Origin: Eledone cirrhosa
Taxonomy: Eukaryota
DNA: 64,000 bases
Reading direction: 5' to 3'
Assembly (NCBI GenBank): GCA_964016885.1
Contig: OZ024743.1
Span: 166,904,001-166,968,000 of the forward strand
How positions within the stretch are numbered: the stretch's first letter is position 1; each line of letters opens with the position of its first letter. A model generated the notes under the pieces. That model was given only the letters and a program-made list of their open reading frames with translations. It searched no databases and was not told where the DNA came from. Shown here piece by piece: positions 52,213 through 64,000 of the stretch. Both the position numbers and the translations under genes were made by a program.

Positions 52213-53828
52213 TTGCATGACAATACTAACACCACAAACAAAGACACAACAAACACAAAAATAACATTTGAAAATAACACCATAACAGAAAGCAAAGCAG
52301 ACGACAGAGTCAAGATTTCATTTGCACAAACAACAAAGAAATCTTTGACATATGTAGCCGAAAATATTTCAGATGTGGCACGAAGAATCACAGACGCCAA
52401 ACAATACATAAGTGAAGGAGAGAATGGTATTTTATTGGTAAAAATGCCTCAAGAACTCACCAAAGACATTGAAAGTCGAACGGTCGTGTTCCGCACCATT
52501 AACAACACTTCAAAAAAACCTGAACAGCCTTCTCAAGCAGATATCAAAACAGTACTCACAGAAGTACTTAATGAAACCACTTTCATAAGAAAAGACAGAC
52601 TGTATGGAAGCCTAGCAATTATCATGAAGAACGAATCGGCGGCAAGAAAATGTGCTTTGTCACCGATTCGTTCGAAAAATTTTACCTTTTATCCATCTTA
52701 TATGGGTAAAAGAACTCAACGCATATGGCTGAATGCAATGATGCCAGATGTGGACTACTGCTGGCTCATAGCTGGCTTCATCGATCCAGTGAATGACAAC
52801 GTGATTTCCATTGGGAAAACCACAGGCAATGCGTTCAGTGGAACAGGAATAGAGCTGGTAGTGCAAATGAAGCCTGAACGCATCGCCCAAATACCCGACA
52901 GAATCCTATTAGAGGGCCACGGGTATATAAACATTAGCGTGGAGGGGAGAAGGCCGTCCTGTCATATCTGTGCAGGCAGAGGACACCTGAAGGCCGCTTG
53001 TCCCCAACTCAACAAAAAGAAAACCCTGCTACCAACACCAGCTCCACCACCACAACAGATAAACAAATAACAAAACTCAGTCCCACCCAACCCGTCCCTC
53101 AGTAAAACTACACCACCACCACAACACAAACAGTCACAACACATTACCCCAAAACAAAATACAGGCCCACCCAACCCCTCACTCAATAAAACAACACAAC
53201 CACCGCAGACACAACACACAACACAGTCTAACATAGTGACATCCATCTCCCCCACAAAGAAAACCAACACGGAAACATTACCAGCAAACATACCTCTTCC
53301 CTCCAACACTGAAGATAACCCAACGAATTCGGAGGAAGAAACGGAGTCCTTCAGACAGATTAAAAGGAAAAAAAGAAAACATGTGCAAAACACACAAGGC
53401 CAAACAACCCCCACCCAAATCTCAACACAATCCAACAAAACAGAAAACACCCCTCCAGCAACAAACAAAACCAAACCTGCCCCTCCCCTCTTCGAAACAC
53501 TCACACCATCCGAGAAAAAGACATTACACTATACTTACATCAACAGAAACAATAATAAATTAAATGAACTCATATAAAGATCCCAATGAACCTCTACCAA
53601 AAACTAAAAAAGGATTTTAAGGAGGACGTAGGACCACCCTCTGTCAAACCCATAAACCGCGTCCTACTAAAAAGCTTTCCCCCTCCCCTTCCCCTCCCCA
53701 ACACAACTCCAAACACCCCAACCCCACCACACACTGACGACCCCACACCACCACAAGACACCCCTTCACCCAACACCCCCGACCCCATGGAAGTCGTGCG
53801 ACCCGAACCCCGGGAAGCGGAAAGGTAG
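52213..53828 (+). pseudogene. Tx1 ORF1 (gag-like, CCHC zinc knuckle, P/T-rich tail), interrupted by stops
   Basis: CHICAGRGHLKAAC fits CX2CX4HX4C; continues in ORFs 53236..53577 and 53586..53828. Confidence 0.8.
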
Positions 53829-53861
53829 GTCTCTACACTCTCCTTTGGCTCTGCTGCCCAC

Positions 53862-56800
53862 ATGGATGTGTTAAGAGTAGGATGTTTAAATGCACGTGGC
53901 CTGGGCTCAACTTGGAAGCAAGCAAAGCTTCTAAATGACCTCAGGTCATGTGGTATAAATGTAATGATTATCTGTGAGATTCGGATCAGCGTCGTGCGGC
54001 AGCTGGCCCCTACCTTCGATGACTTTGAGGTGCATGCATCTCTCTGTCAACCTGGAGGTGGGGGTGGGGTTGTCGTACTGCTGCAAAAACACCTGGGTCT
54101 TGCCGTACAGGTTGTGCACTCGGACCCGGAGGGTCGTTTGTTGGTGCTAGACGTTGGTAGTAGTGAAGGTGCGGCCTTAAGACTGGTCGCCGTCTACTCC
54201 CCTTTCGGAGCTGAACGGCCCAACTTCTTCCAGCGTTTAGAGACTTTTCTGGGAACGTCGCGTTCCCTGCTTCTAGCGGGGGATTGGAATGACATCCTAG
54301 ATGCACGTTGGGACTATGCAGGAGCATGTCCTAATAGAGGGGGGTGTAACAGCCTCAAGGGGTTACTCGACCGTTTTAACTTGGTCGATAGATATCGACT
54401 AGATTTTCCAACTGTGCCCACCTGGACTTGGAGAAACCACAGTGGTCAATCTAGATCGTACTTAGATAGATTCTTAGTTAGAAGTAAGGATAGGGACATA
54501 TTAAGCTGTCCAGAAATGCGCACGGTTGGCTACATGGATCACAAATTAGTGACCTGCGTAGTCAATCTCGAGAAAACACATAAACAGGGTCCCGGTTACT
54601 GGAAACTTAATTTGTCTTTACCGGCAAAAGAGACTTACAGAAACCGGATTAGCAGATTAGTTAAGGAGAGGTTGACGGGTGCAATCGTCAACAACCGATG
54701 GTGGGCATCTCTCAAAAGAGAGATTAAAACAGAATCAATAAGTTATAGCAAGATGTTAGCTGCCGATAGAAATAGAAACGAGAAAGAATTAACAGGTAAA
54801 TTAGAAGAGGCAATCAAGAGCGAAGATGTGGCCAGAGTGCTGGCATCGAGGACGGCCTTGAACCAGTTTTTCGATGCAAAGCACGAAGGCTGCGTCATTC
54901 GAAGTAAAATACGTGCTCTAGGTAATGAGGGGGCCAAAGCCGTTGGCTGGGCCCGCGTGACAGAAGCTAAGAGTGGAAATCGATCCACCATCCGGTCGTT
55001 GCAAGACGAAGATGGACGGGTGATCCGGGAGCCTAAGCAGATGTGCGAGGCCTTTCAAAGGCACTTTGCCCGATTGTTCGGGGGAGGCGAGGGTCCGGGC
55101 GGGGGCGTGGATTTCGGTCCATACCTCGACGGCCTGCCGCGTCTCTCGAGCAAAGAGGCAGAGTCCTGCGAGGGACCAATCTCGGCTGATGAGATCGGAG
55201 ATGCGCTGAGCCAATGCAGCAGACGCAAATCTCCAGGTCTCGATGGTATACCTTATGAACTTTATTTAGCAATGCCGGTCTTCTTCTCCGAACTCCTCGA
55301 AGCGGTCTACTGCAATTGGCAGCAGAACGGGAGAATTCCTTGTTCTGTAGCCAAAGGCGTAGTCACGCTGGTGAGGAAGGACGAGAACAAGGGAGATAGT
55401 ATAAATAATTTTCGGCCCATAACCCTGCTAAACACAGAGTTAAAGATTTTGGCCAAGGTGTTAGCAAAGAGGTTGGCGCTTGTCGTGGGTGGCCTGGTGG
55501 GAGATGCGCAGACATGTGCTATCCCATCCAGGTCCATTCACGATAACCTCCACCTCATGCGATACATCATAGAGAGGGTTGGCAACAAACCCGGCTTCGA
55601 TGGGGCCCTGATCAACTTGGATCAGTCTAAGGCCTTCGATAGGTTCGACCATGGTTACCTGGATGCGGTGCTAGCGGCGGCTGGGTTTGGTCCTGTTCTA
55701 GGATCAAGGTGAACGGCTACCTTTCGAAGCCGTTCGAAATCACACGATCCATTCGACAGGGGTGCCCTCTCTCCTCCCTTCTGTACGTATTGACTCTCGA
55801 GCCTTTACTGAGGAAGTAGGAGTTGTTGCAGGGCATCCCCCTGGAACCAGGATTGAGCAAAGCGGTGTCGGCCTACGCCGATGACGTAACAGTAATGGTA
55901 TCGACCGACTCGGAGATCGAGGCGATCGGTACCTTACTGGAGGATTACGAAAGGTTGTCAGGAGCGAAACTGAACCGGGAAAAATCCATCGGGCTGCAAC
56001 TCGGAACGTGGAGAGGCAGACCGATGCCTCCCGACGGTGTCGTCGGACACTGGACGGAGGGCCCGGTAAAGTTGCTTGGGGTCTGGTTTGGACCGGACCT
56101 CCAGGTGGAAAAGAACTGGAACGAGGTTACGAACAAGGTGTTTGCACTAACCCAGAAATGGGCCAAGTGTAAGCTGTCCCTAAAAGGCCGGGCGGAGGTG
56201 GCGAACATTTACATAGCGTCCGTCACTTACTACCGCCTGACTGTCGTGCCTTGCCCTAAGGAAACACTCACCACCATGGAACGCATGCTCTTCCAATTTC
56301 TTTGGAAGAAGCGCCCTCCTATGGTGAGAAGATCCATCTGCTGCCAACAACGTTCGAAAGGAGGGCTGGGGATGCCGTGGTTGATGATGCGTAGGCACGC
56401 ATTAAGGCTACGGCACCTACAGGTATTCCTCACTGGTCAACCGGTGTGGGCTCTGTTCGTGAAACGAGCCTTTCCGAGACTCGTCTCGCTCACCGAGCTA
56501 CAGTCCTGGGTCAAGCAAAGATCCAGAAAACTGGGAGACTGGCACACTGAGTGTGCTCAGGCGCTCAGGGCTCTCTGGCAAGCGGGCCAGGCCATCGGTG
56601 GAGAATCCACCTCATCATTCTATAGAGGGCTGGTGGCTAGCAGGGGCGATGACACCCTTGGAGAGTCGCTAGACATGGAGGAAGACGAACTGGCCAGCCT
56701 GTTCGGTAGGATTTTCGGCCCAGGACCAATGGACAACTTCCAGAAGTCACTGGCCTGGCAGTGCTACCGAGGGGCTCTACCCGTTCGAGAGAGGCTCTAC

Positions 56801-57256
56801 AGACACGGGCGCCTGGGCAGGGATCCCTCAAAAAAGATTTGCCCTCGATGCGTGCGTCACGAAGAAACCGTTGCGCACGCATTGGTGCAATGTCCGGGCA
56901 TGGCTGATCTGTGGGGCTACGCCGAACGACTGGTGTCGCGGGTGGCGCCGATTCAATTGACCGCCGAGTCCGTGATGACAATCAAGCCGCCTCCCCTCTT
57001 CACAAAGGAAGCAAAGGCGGTTTTTCTGTGCGTAATAGCCATGTTGAAAGAGGTTGTTTGGTGGACACGATTGAAAGGTCTGAGGTCAGGCAACTTCCTC
57101 TCTGGCCAGAGTCTGGTCTACTTCTTCCGATATCACTTCGGAAGAAGGATAAGAATGGAGAGAGAGGTGTTTGGCCACAGGCAGTTTTATGAAAGGTGGG
57201 TGATAGTGGCTAGAATGGCTCATGTAAATGGGCCTCCTCTGTATACCATCCTGTAG
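53862..57256 (+). pseudogene. Tx1 ORF2 (APE + RT + C-terminal Cys/His motif), disrupted near 55700-55820
   Basis: CLNARGL, GDWN, SYLDR, DHK..V, GPGYWKLN, KSPGLDG, SAYADD, LSLKGR, GGLG, CPRC...ETVAHALVQC. Confidence 0.92.
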
Positions 57257-57474
57257 GTAAAGAAGTAAAGGAGAGGGGAGCACCTTCTCCATGTGCTCCC
57301 CGGGCAAAGGATTGCACACTTTTTCGGGGGTGTGTGCAACCCCCATCACGTCCCTTCCCTTTTGAGGTTATTTTCGATTATTTTCATGTTATACCCTTTT
57401 TACTCGATTGTATGTAAACTACCCCCTTTGTATTTGTCCCTTCTTTTTATGCCTTTATGGTAAATAAAGAAATA

Positions 57475-60383
57475 TATCTGTAACACAAACTTCAAAAAAC
57501 GAGACAATCACTTGATCACCTATAGATCAGGGGAACACGTCAGTCAGATAGATTATATTCCTTACCAAAAGACGTGACAGAGTGTCTGTTGTAAACACTA
57601 AATCCCTCCCCCATGAAGGTTGCACCTCCCAACATAGCCTCATAGTTAGCGACCTCATAGTCAGGATGAGACGTACTCGACAACAGAGGAGGACTACCCT
57701 AAGGAGAAGAATATGGAAGTTAAAGGACCTCACAACCAGTAACAAATTTAAAAGCATATTACTTGATGCTTTTGACAGTAAGGAAGAGCAATTAGAGACG
57801 TACAATATAGAGGAAGAGTGGGAATTCCTGAAAGTTAACCTGCTGACGGCAACAGATGAAATCTGTGGCTGGAGCATACCTATAGGGAGGAGGAGAGTAA
57901 TGTGGTGGTGGAACAGTAAGGTGGAGGAGTCAATCAAGGCCAAAAAGCAGGCTTGGAAAGTATGCCGTGATGGGGGAAGTAGAGAACACTATCAAGTGCT
58001 CAGGATGGAAGCTAGGAGACAAGTGTACTTTGCAAGAAGGGAAGCAGAGGAAAGAAAGTTCAAGCATGTTCTACAATGCGAGGACCAAAAACGTGAGGTG
58101 TTCAGGATTGCTAGGCAATGTGTAAAAGAAAACCGTGATATTGTCGAGAAGTGTGTCCATAATGATGATGGTGTACTTGCCATCACTGATGCTAATAAGA
58201 AGGTAGCATGGAAGTATCACTACGAGAGACTACTAAATGAGGAAAACAAATGGGAAAAAGATAGTCTGCCCCAAATTGATCCAATAGAGGGACCAACAGT
58301 GCAAGTTAAAGGTACTATAATAAGTAAGGCAATCAAAGATATGAAGACAGGCAAGGCAGCTAGGCCTTCAGAGATAGTTGCTGAAATGCTGAAAGCATCT
58401 GGAAATATTGAAGGCATCTGGTATGGTGGGACACACTATGGTCACCCGTATAGTTAACCAAATAATGGAGAATGGGGTCATACCGAAAGACTGGCATAGC
58501 AGCATCATCATTAACTGCTACAAGGGTAAAGGAGATGCTCTAGATAAGGGAAACTAGAGAGGCATTAAGTTAGTTGACCAGGTCATGACGGTCACAGAAA
58601 GAGTTATAGTGCAACTAATCAGAGAGCGAATTGATCTAGATGAAATGCAGTTTGGGTTTGTGTCAGGTAAAAGTAACACAGACGCTCTTTTCCTTGAATG
58701 ACAACTACAGGAGAAGTACCTAGCTAAAAGGAAACCCCTATACTTAGCTTTTGTAGACCTGAAGAAAGCATTTGACAGAGTCCTCCGCTCCATTATCAGG
58801 TGGGCTCTTAGAAAGCTAGGTGTAGATGAATGACTTGTGAGAGCTATACAAGCTATGTATAAAGAAACAGTCACAATGAATATTGTGAAGAATTTTGTGT
58901 GAAAGTTCGCGTTCATCAAGGCTCTGTCCTTAGCCCCCTCCTATTTATTATTGCCTTTCAGGCTATAACAGAGGAGTTCAAGACCGGCTGCCCATGGGAA
59001 CTCCTATACACAGATGATCTAATGCTCATAGCTGAATCAATGGCTGAACTAGAGAAGAAATTCCAAACATGGAAGGATGGCCTAGAATCAAAAGGCCTTA
59101 AAGTTAACTTGTCTAAGACTAAAGTTCTAGTTTGTAGAAAGGAAAATAGGGCACAGGTGCCCTCAGGGAAATGGCCATGCTCAGTGTGTAGGAAAGGAGA
59201 AGGCAGAAATTCCATTTTATTTACCAAATGCAAAGTATGGGTACATAAAAGATGTAAGTGGGATCACAGGAAAACTATCTAAGAACGTAGACTTTATATG
59301 TGTCCAATGCTCAGGTGCAATAAGTAGCAAGTGCCCACAGGATACTAGCTCCTTCTATTGCCCAGATGGTTCTATAGAAATAGTAGACACTTTCCGTTAC
59401 CTGGGTGACGAAATCAGCAGTGGTGGAGGGTGTTCTGAAAGTACAGTAGCCAGGGTCAGAACGGGATGGAAAAAGTTCAGAGAGCTTATACCGTTGTTGG
59501 CCACAAAAGATTTCTCTCTAAAAATTGTATGATGCCTGATTGTATGATGCCTGTATACGAACATCAATGCTACATGGCAGTGGGACATGGGCATTATGTG
59601 CAGAGGACCTGTGCAGACTGGAAAGGAATGAAGCATGCATGCTCCGTTGGATGTGAAATAGTAATATACGTGAACGGCAAAGCATAAATGAACTAAGTGA
59701 GAAATTAGGAATAAGAGGGATCAGATGCTGTTTACTTGAGAGAAGACTACGTTGGTATGTCATGTGATGCGCATGAAAGACGACAGCTGCATAAAAAAGT
59801 GCAGGGCGATCAAAAGTGATGGTAGTTACAGAGTAGGTAGACCCAGAAAAACCTGGGACAATCTGATAAATTCCGACCTTACACACTTGCACCTCTCTAA
59901 GACAATGTCACTCGACCGAGATCTTTGGCGCTACGCAGTAATACAGAAGACCCGCACTGCCTATGTACAAAGCGAAACCTACAGTCAGTAGGCACCTCTC
60001 AACCAAATATACACCCCAACCCACTACCCCTACCCTATCCTCCCACTCCCACCAACACCACCCTGTCTCTGTAAAGTTGGTACCACAACATCCAGTCCAA
60101 ATAAATGAGATAATGAGATTGAGATTGATAGGTGTCACGACAAAAAAACACACAGCCCACACTGTAATGTGGCCATGTAGGTAACACGGTAAAAATTTCC
60201 CAGTTCCACACTGTAAATGTGGTTGGTGTTAGGAAGGGCATCCAGCCATAGAAAACCTGCCAGATAGTCCTATATGAGCGAGACACAGTCACCCGACCAA
60301 CCTTGCCTCAAGTGGGACAACTCCCGTCTAACCCATGCTAGCATGGAAGATGGACGTTAGACGATGATGATGAAGATGATGAT
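57475..60383 (+). mobile_element. Remainder of the host RTE LINE (end of APE, RT, 3' UTR)
   Basis: Resumes ICNTNFKK exactly after the TSD; ORFs 57582..58457 and 58899..59282; (GAT)n tail. Confidence 0.92.
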
Positions 60384-61215
60384 CTGGAACAATGGGACAC
60401 ACTATGGTCACCCGGATAGTAAACCAACTCATACAGATCGGGGTCATGCCAAATGACTGGCGTAGCAGCAGCATCATTAACTGCTAAAAGGGTAAAGGAG
60501 ATGCCCTAGATAGGGGAAACTATAGAGGCATTAAATTAATTGACCAGGTCATGAAGGTCAAAGAAAAAGTTATAGCACAACTAATCAGAGAGCAAATTGA
60601 TCTAGACGAAATGCAGTTTGGGTTTGTGTCATGTAAAAGTACCACAGACGCTCTTTTCCTTGTACGACAACTACAGGAGAAGTACCTAGCTAAAAGTAAA
60701 CCCCTATTCTTAGCTTTTGTTGACTTGGAGAAAGCATTTGACAGAGTCCCCCACGCCATTATCTGGTGGACCCTTAGAAAACCAGGGCTTGATGAATGGC
60801 TTGTGAGAGCTATACAAGCCATGTATAAAGAAACAGCCAGCAAGGTTAGAATTAACAATGAATATAGTGAAGAATTTAGCGTAAAAATTGGTGTTCATCA
60901 GGGCTCTGTCCTTAGCCCCCTCCTATATATTAATTGCCCTTCAGGCTATAACAGAGAAGTTCAAGACCGGCTGCCCATGGAAACTCCTATACACAGATGA
61001 TCTAACGCTCATAGCTGAATCAATGGCTGAACTAGAGAAGAAATTCCAAACATGGAAGGATGGCCTAGAATCAAAAGGCCTTAAAGTTAACTTGTCTAAG
61101 ACTAAAGTTCTAGTTTGTAGAAAGGAAAATAGGGCACAGGTGCCCTCAGGGAAATGGCCATGCTCAGTGTGTAGGAAAGGAGTAGGCAGAAATTCCATTT
61201 TATTTACCAAATGCA
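60384..61215 (+). mobile_element. Additional RTE RT fragment
   Basis: ORFs 60551..61000 and 60888..61220; similar to 58420-59230. Confidence 0.88.
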
Positions 61216-62150
61216 GTTAAAACTAATGTAGGCAAAAAATTCCTAGAGCTCTTAGATAAAAATTTCCCTAGAACACATAGATACTATAAGATCTTTAATA
61301 GAAACTGTGTCAAAATTAGCTACTCTTGCGGTCCCCCTATTAAATCTTATATTATCAACAAAAAAATCACCTAGAGAACATCAAAATTGCTCCTGTAGAG
61401 TCAAAAGTGAATGCCCATTACAAGGTAAATGCAACACCAAAGCCATTGTATATGCGGCTAAAGTGACAACCATCGGCAACAACCAACCAGCCACCAGTGA
61501 ACGATATGTGGGTATGACACAAGACAAGTTCAAAATGCGTTATTACTCACATGTCGCATCCTTTCGACATCCAGAAAAAAGATTCACAACAGCTCTGGCT
61601 AGCAGAATATGGGATTTGAAAGACCAAGGTATCCAATATAAATTGGATTGGTCAATTTTGAACCAATCTAAAGAATATGCAAGAGGAACAAGAAAATGCA
61701 CACACTGCATAAATGAAAAATATTGGATTTTACAAAAAGTTAAATCACCAAAAACCTGCCTAAATACAAAGACAGAAATCTTTACCAGTTGCCCACCCAT
61801 GAAATCACACTTGCTTTCCAGCTCATATAAACTTAACACACTTTCAGATACTTATCCTCCATAAGCTCTTATTCTTCACTTAATTTATTCTCTTTTTACT
61901 TTCATTTTTAACCTTATTATTAATTTTAATTTTATTTTTACTTCACATCCACCAGTAACCCCCCCCCCTCCCCTTTATCCTTCGATTCACTTACCTAATA
62001 TCTTCACTTTCCACTTTTTACTTCCCTATTATCTTTACTACCTGATTTACAAAAGTCACTTGCGTTTTCCACTCCAGATAATTTCTGTTATTTCGCAGCC
62101 ATTTTTTATATTTTTATATTTGTACTCAATTATTCATAAGGTTACACCCT
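61215..62150 (+). mobile_element. Penelope-like element 3' fragment (GIY-YIG endonuclease)
   Basis: [22 protein letters not shown]; CSCRVKSECPLQGKC..IVYAAKV..YVGMT..FKMRY..H; CTHCINEK. Confidence 0.88.
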
Positions 62151-62520
62151 GAATCTATGTGTCTGAACGTCTTTATGTGTGTATACGTCCTGTATATGTA
62201 CACGAACGCCTCCGTATGCGCATGTGAGTGCGTGTATATATATGTGTATGTATGTGTGTTTTTATATCTGTGTTTTTATATCTATGTTTCTTACATTCTT
62301 ATTTTTATGTGTGTGCGTGTAAGCGGGTCAATGTACGTGAATATGTTTGTGTGTATGTGTGTATATATATATATTTATTGTATTGTATGTATGGATGTGG
62401 ATATGTGCGTGTGTGTATATATATGTATATATATGTAGGAGGTGAGTTTTATTGTAGTACAATAAAGCAATGAAGATATCGGATAAGAAGCACTCTACAG
62501 TTTGTAGGACTGGAGTATAC

Positions 62521-62864
62521 ATAATATATAAGAACAACAGATGGTTAAAAGAGTTCCATGTATTTTATTATGCGCATTTCAAAAACAAATATCATCATGC
62601 AATAATATTTGTGTTTTCATCAGATAAAACAGGAAGACATGATATGAAGGTTAAAAAACACTTGTGGATAGTGCAGTTTTAAATCAACATTGATATGTTG
62701 ATTTAAAACTGCACTATCCACAAGTGTTTTTTAACCTTCATATCATGTCTTCCTGTTTTATCTGATGAAAACACAAATATTATTGCATGATGATATTTGT
62801 TTTTGAAATGCGCATAATAAAATACATGGAACTCTTTTAACCATCTTTTGTTCTTATATATTAT
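62521..62864. repeat. Fold-back inverted repeat (170-bp arms, 4-nt loop) containing two opposite-strand hammerheads
   Basis: aaatcaacat-tgat-atgttgattt centre; near-perfect arms. Confidence 0.95.
62756..62822 (+). ncRNA. Type I hammerhead ribozyme with canonical core (mirror copy on - at about 62563-62629)
   Basis: ttttat-CTGATGA-aaacacaaatat...atatttgttttt-GAAA-tgcgca-TA-ataaaa. Confidence 0.82.
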
Positions 62865-63463
62865 ATGTATATATATATATATGTGTATACAGTCGCGTAC
62901 GTACGTGTGATTAATATATACATGGGATGATATGTATGTATATGTATACGTGCATCCTGTGTAAGTATGTACGCATGCATACGCTTTTGTCTGTACGTAT
63001 TGCGTGTATATATATATATATTTTCTTATAGATATATGTTTTTATAGATATATGTGTATGTACGTGTGTACCTTCTTTTCTTCTCTTTTCTTTTCTCTAG
63101 CGTTAATCGACTACTTTCTCTTTCTTTTTTTCTTTCTCACATATTATTTAATTTTTATACATATATCGAGAATGACATCTGGATTTCGTGTCAACTAGAT
63201 TATATCCGTATTTGTGGTTACATATACACAAATATACTTGCCCTCATATATGTACTTACGCACACATTTTCACCATACACACGCATTTGTACATACATAC
63301 ATATGTACATTTGTAAGTGTATATACATACATATACACACACCTAACTATATTTCCTTATATTTTTTTTATATATTTTATATGTCTATTGCATTACCCTT
63401 ATTTATATATATATATTTTTATATTTCTTGAGGAGACTTTCCAAATATTTCACTATGTTTTAT

Positions 63464-63541
63464 ATTACCTTGTCCGACGAACGAATGAGGACGTTTCTTT
63501 CGTATTCATCTTATTCGGGAAACCCCTGGTAATGAGGTAAT
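63464..63541 (+). ncRNA. Hammerhead-like motif with CCGACGA core
   Basis: attaccttgt-CCGACGA-a-cgaatgag...cttattcg-g-GAAA-cc(cct)gg-TA-atgaggtaat; 10-bp stem I counting G-U pairs. Confidence 0.62.
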
Positions 63542-64000
63542 TATATTGTATTGTTTATTATACATTAAATTTTGCTCTGGTACTTACATAGAGCACACTT
63601 CACTCCTATGACCTTTTCAATTCCAACGGAAACTTCATTACTTATATATATATATATACATTTATATATATATATATATATAAATGTATATATAGTGTAT
63701 TTGGTAATACACTGTATGCTTAATTAAAAACATTTTGAAGACCTTACACTATTGTTTTAAAGTAGTGACTATGTCACTTCTTTTTTCAACAAAGGGAGAT
63801 AAGCTGACAGATTTCTCTTTCATACTGTTAGTATTCCTCAGAGCTTAGCACTCCCTTTGCCTGTTGAAAATTATGAATGTTGGATTCTTATAGAATTCCA
63901 GTAATAATCAGGAACTGATTATACAGAGCGGTTGCCGGTCCAGCAAAAATTGAAAATTAGAATTGGTGCTCTGAAATAGCGATGTATATATGAATGTATA

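Larger units (their letters stand above)
51782..57474 (+). mobile_element. Full-length Tx1-clade LINE with 16-bp TSD
   Basis: TSD tatctgtaacacaaac at 51766-51781 and 57475-57490; ORF1 and ORF2 present; AATAAA at the 3' end. Confidence 0.93.

Overview
AT-rich, repeat-dense animal genomic DNA, probably from a cephalopod (octopus-like). That assignment is inferred from the SINE types, the (TA/CA)n load and the RTE/Penelope mix. The only host gene visible is three small minus-strand exons of a TMEM184C-like membrane protein (25036-25110, 23287-23380, 4917-5029), which the ORF track misses. The rest is probably intron, filled with transposable elements: many RTE LINE copies (one near full length), a full-length Tx1-clade LINE with a 16-bp TSD, a second Tx1 fragment, Penelope-like elements and their terminal repeats, a CR1 fragment, a non-autonomous Helitron carrying a 91-bp satellite, a maT/Tc1 element, pogo and hAT MITEs, an LTR remnant, tRNA-derived SINEs, a 15/16-bp minisatellite and microsatellites. 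Three signals stand out. (1) Two diverged Tx1 copies both join RTE LINEs at the same site of the RTE endonuclease domain, suggesting a Tx1 family that targets another LINE. (2) About ten minimal type I hammerhead ribozyme motifs occur in Penelope-like termini, including recurrent non-canonical cores (UUGAAAA with a U3-A8 swap, and CCGANGA). (3) Several long fold-back palindromes of these termini are present, mostly beside TA microsatellites. All calls were made by eye; no searches or folding programs were run.
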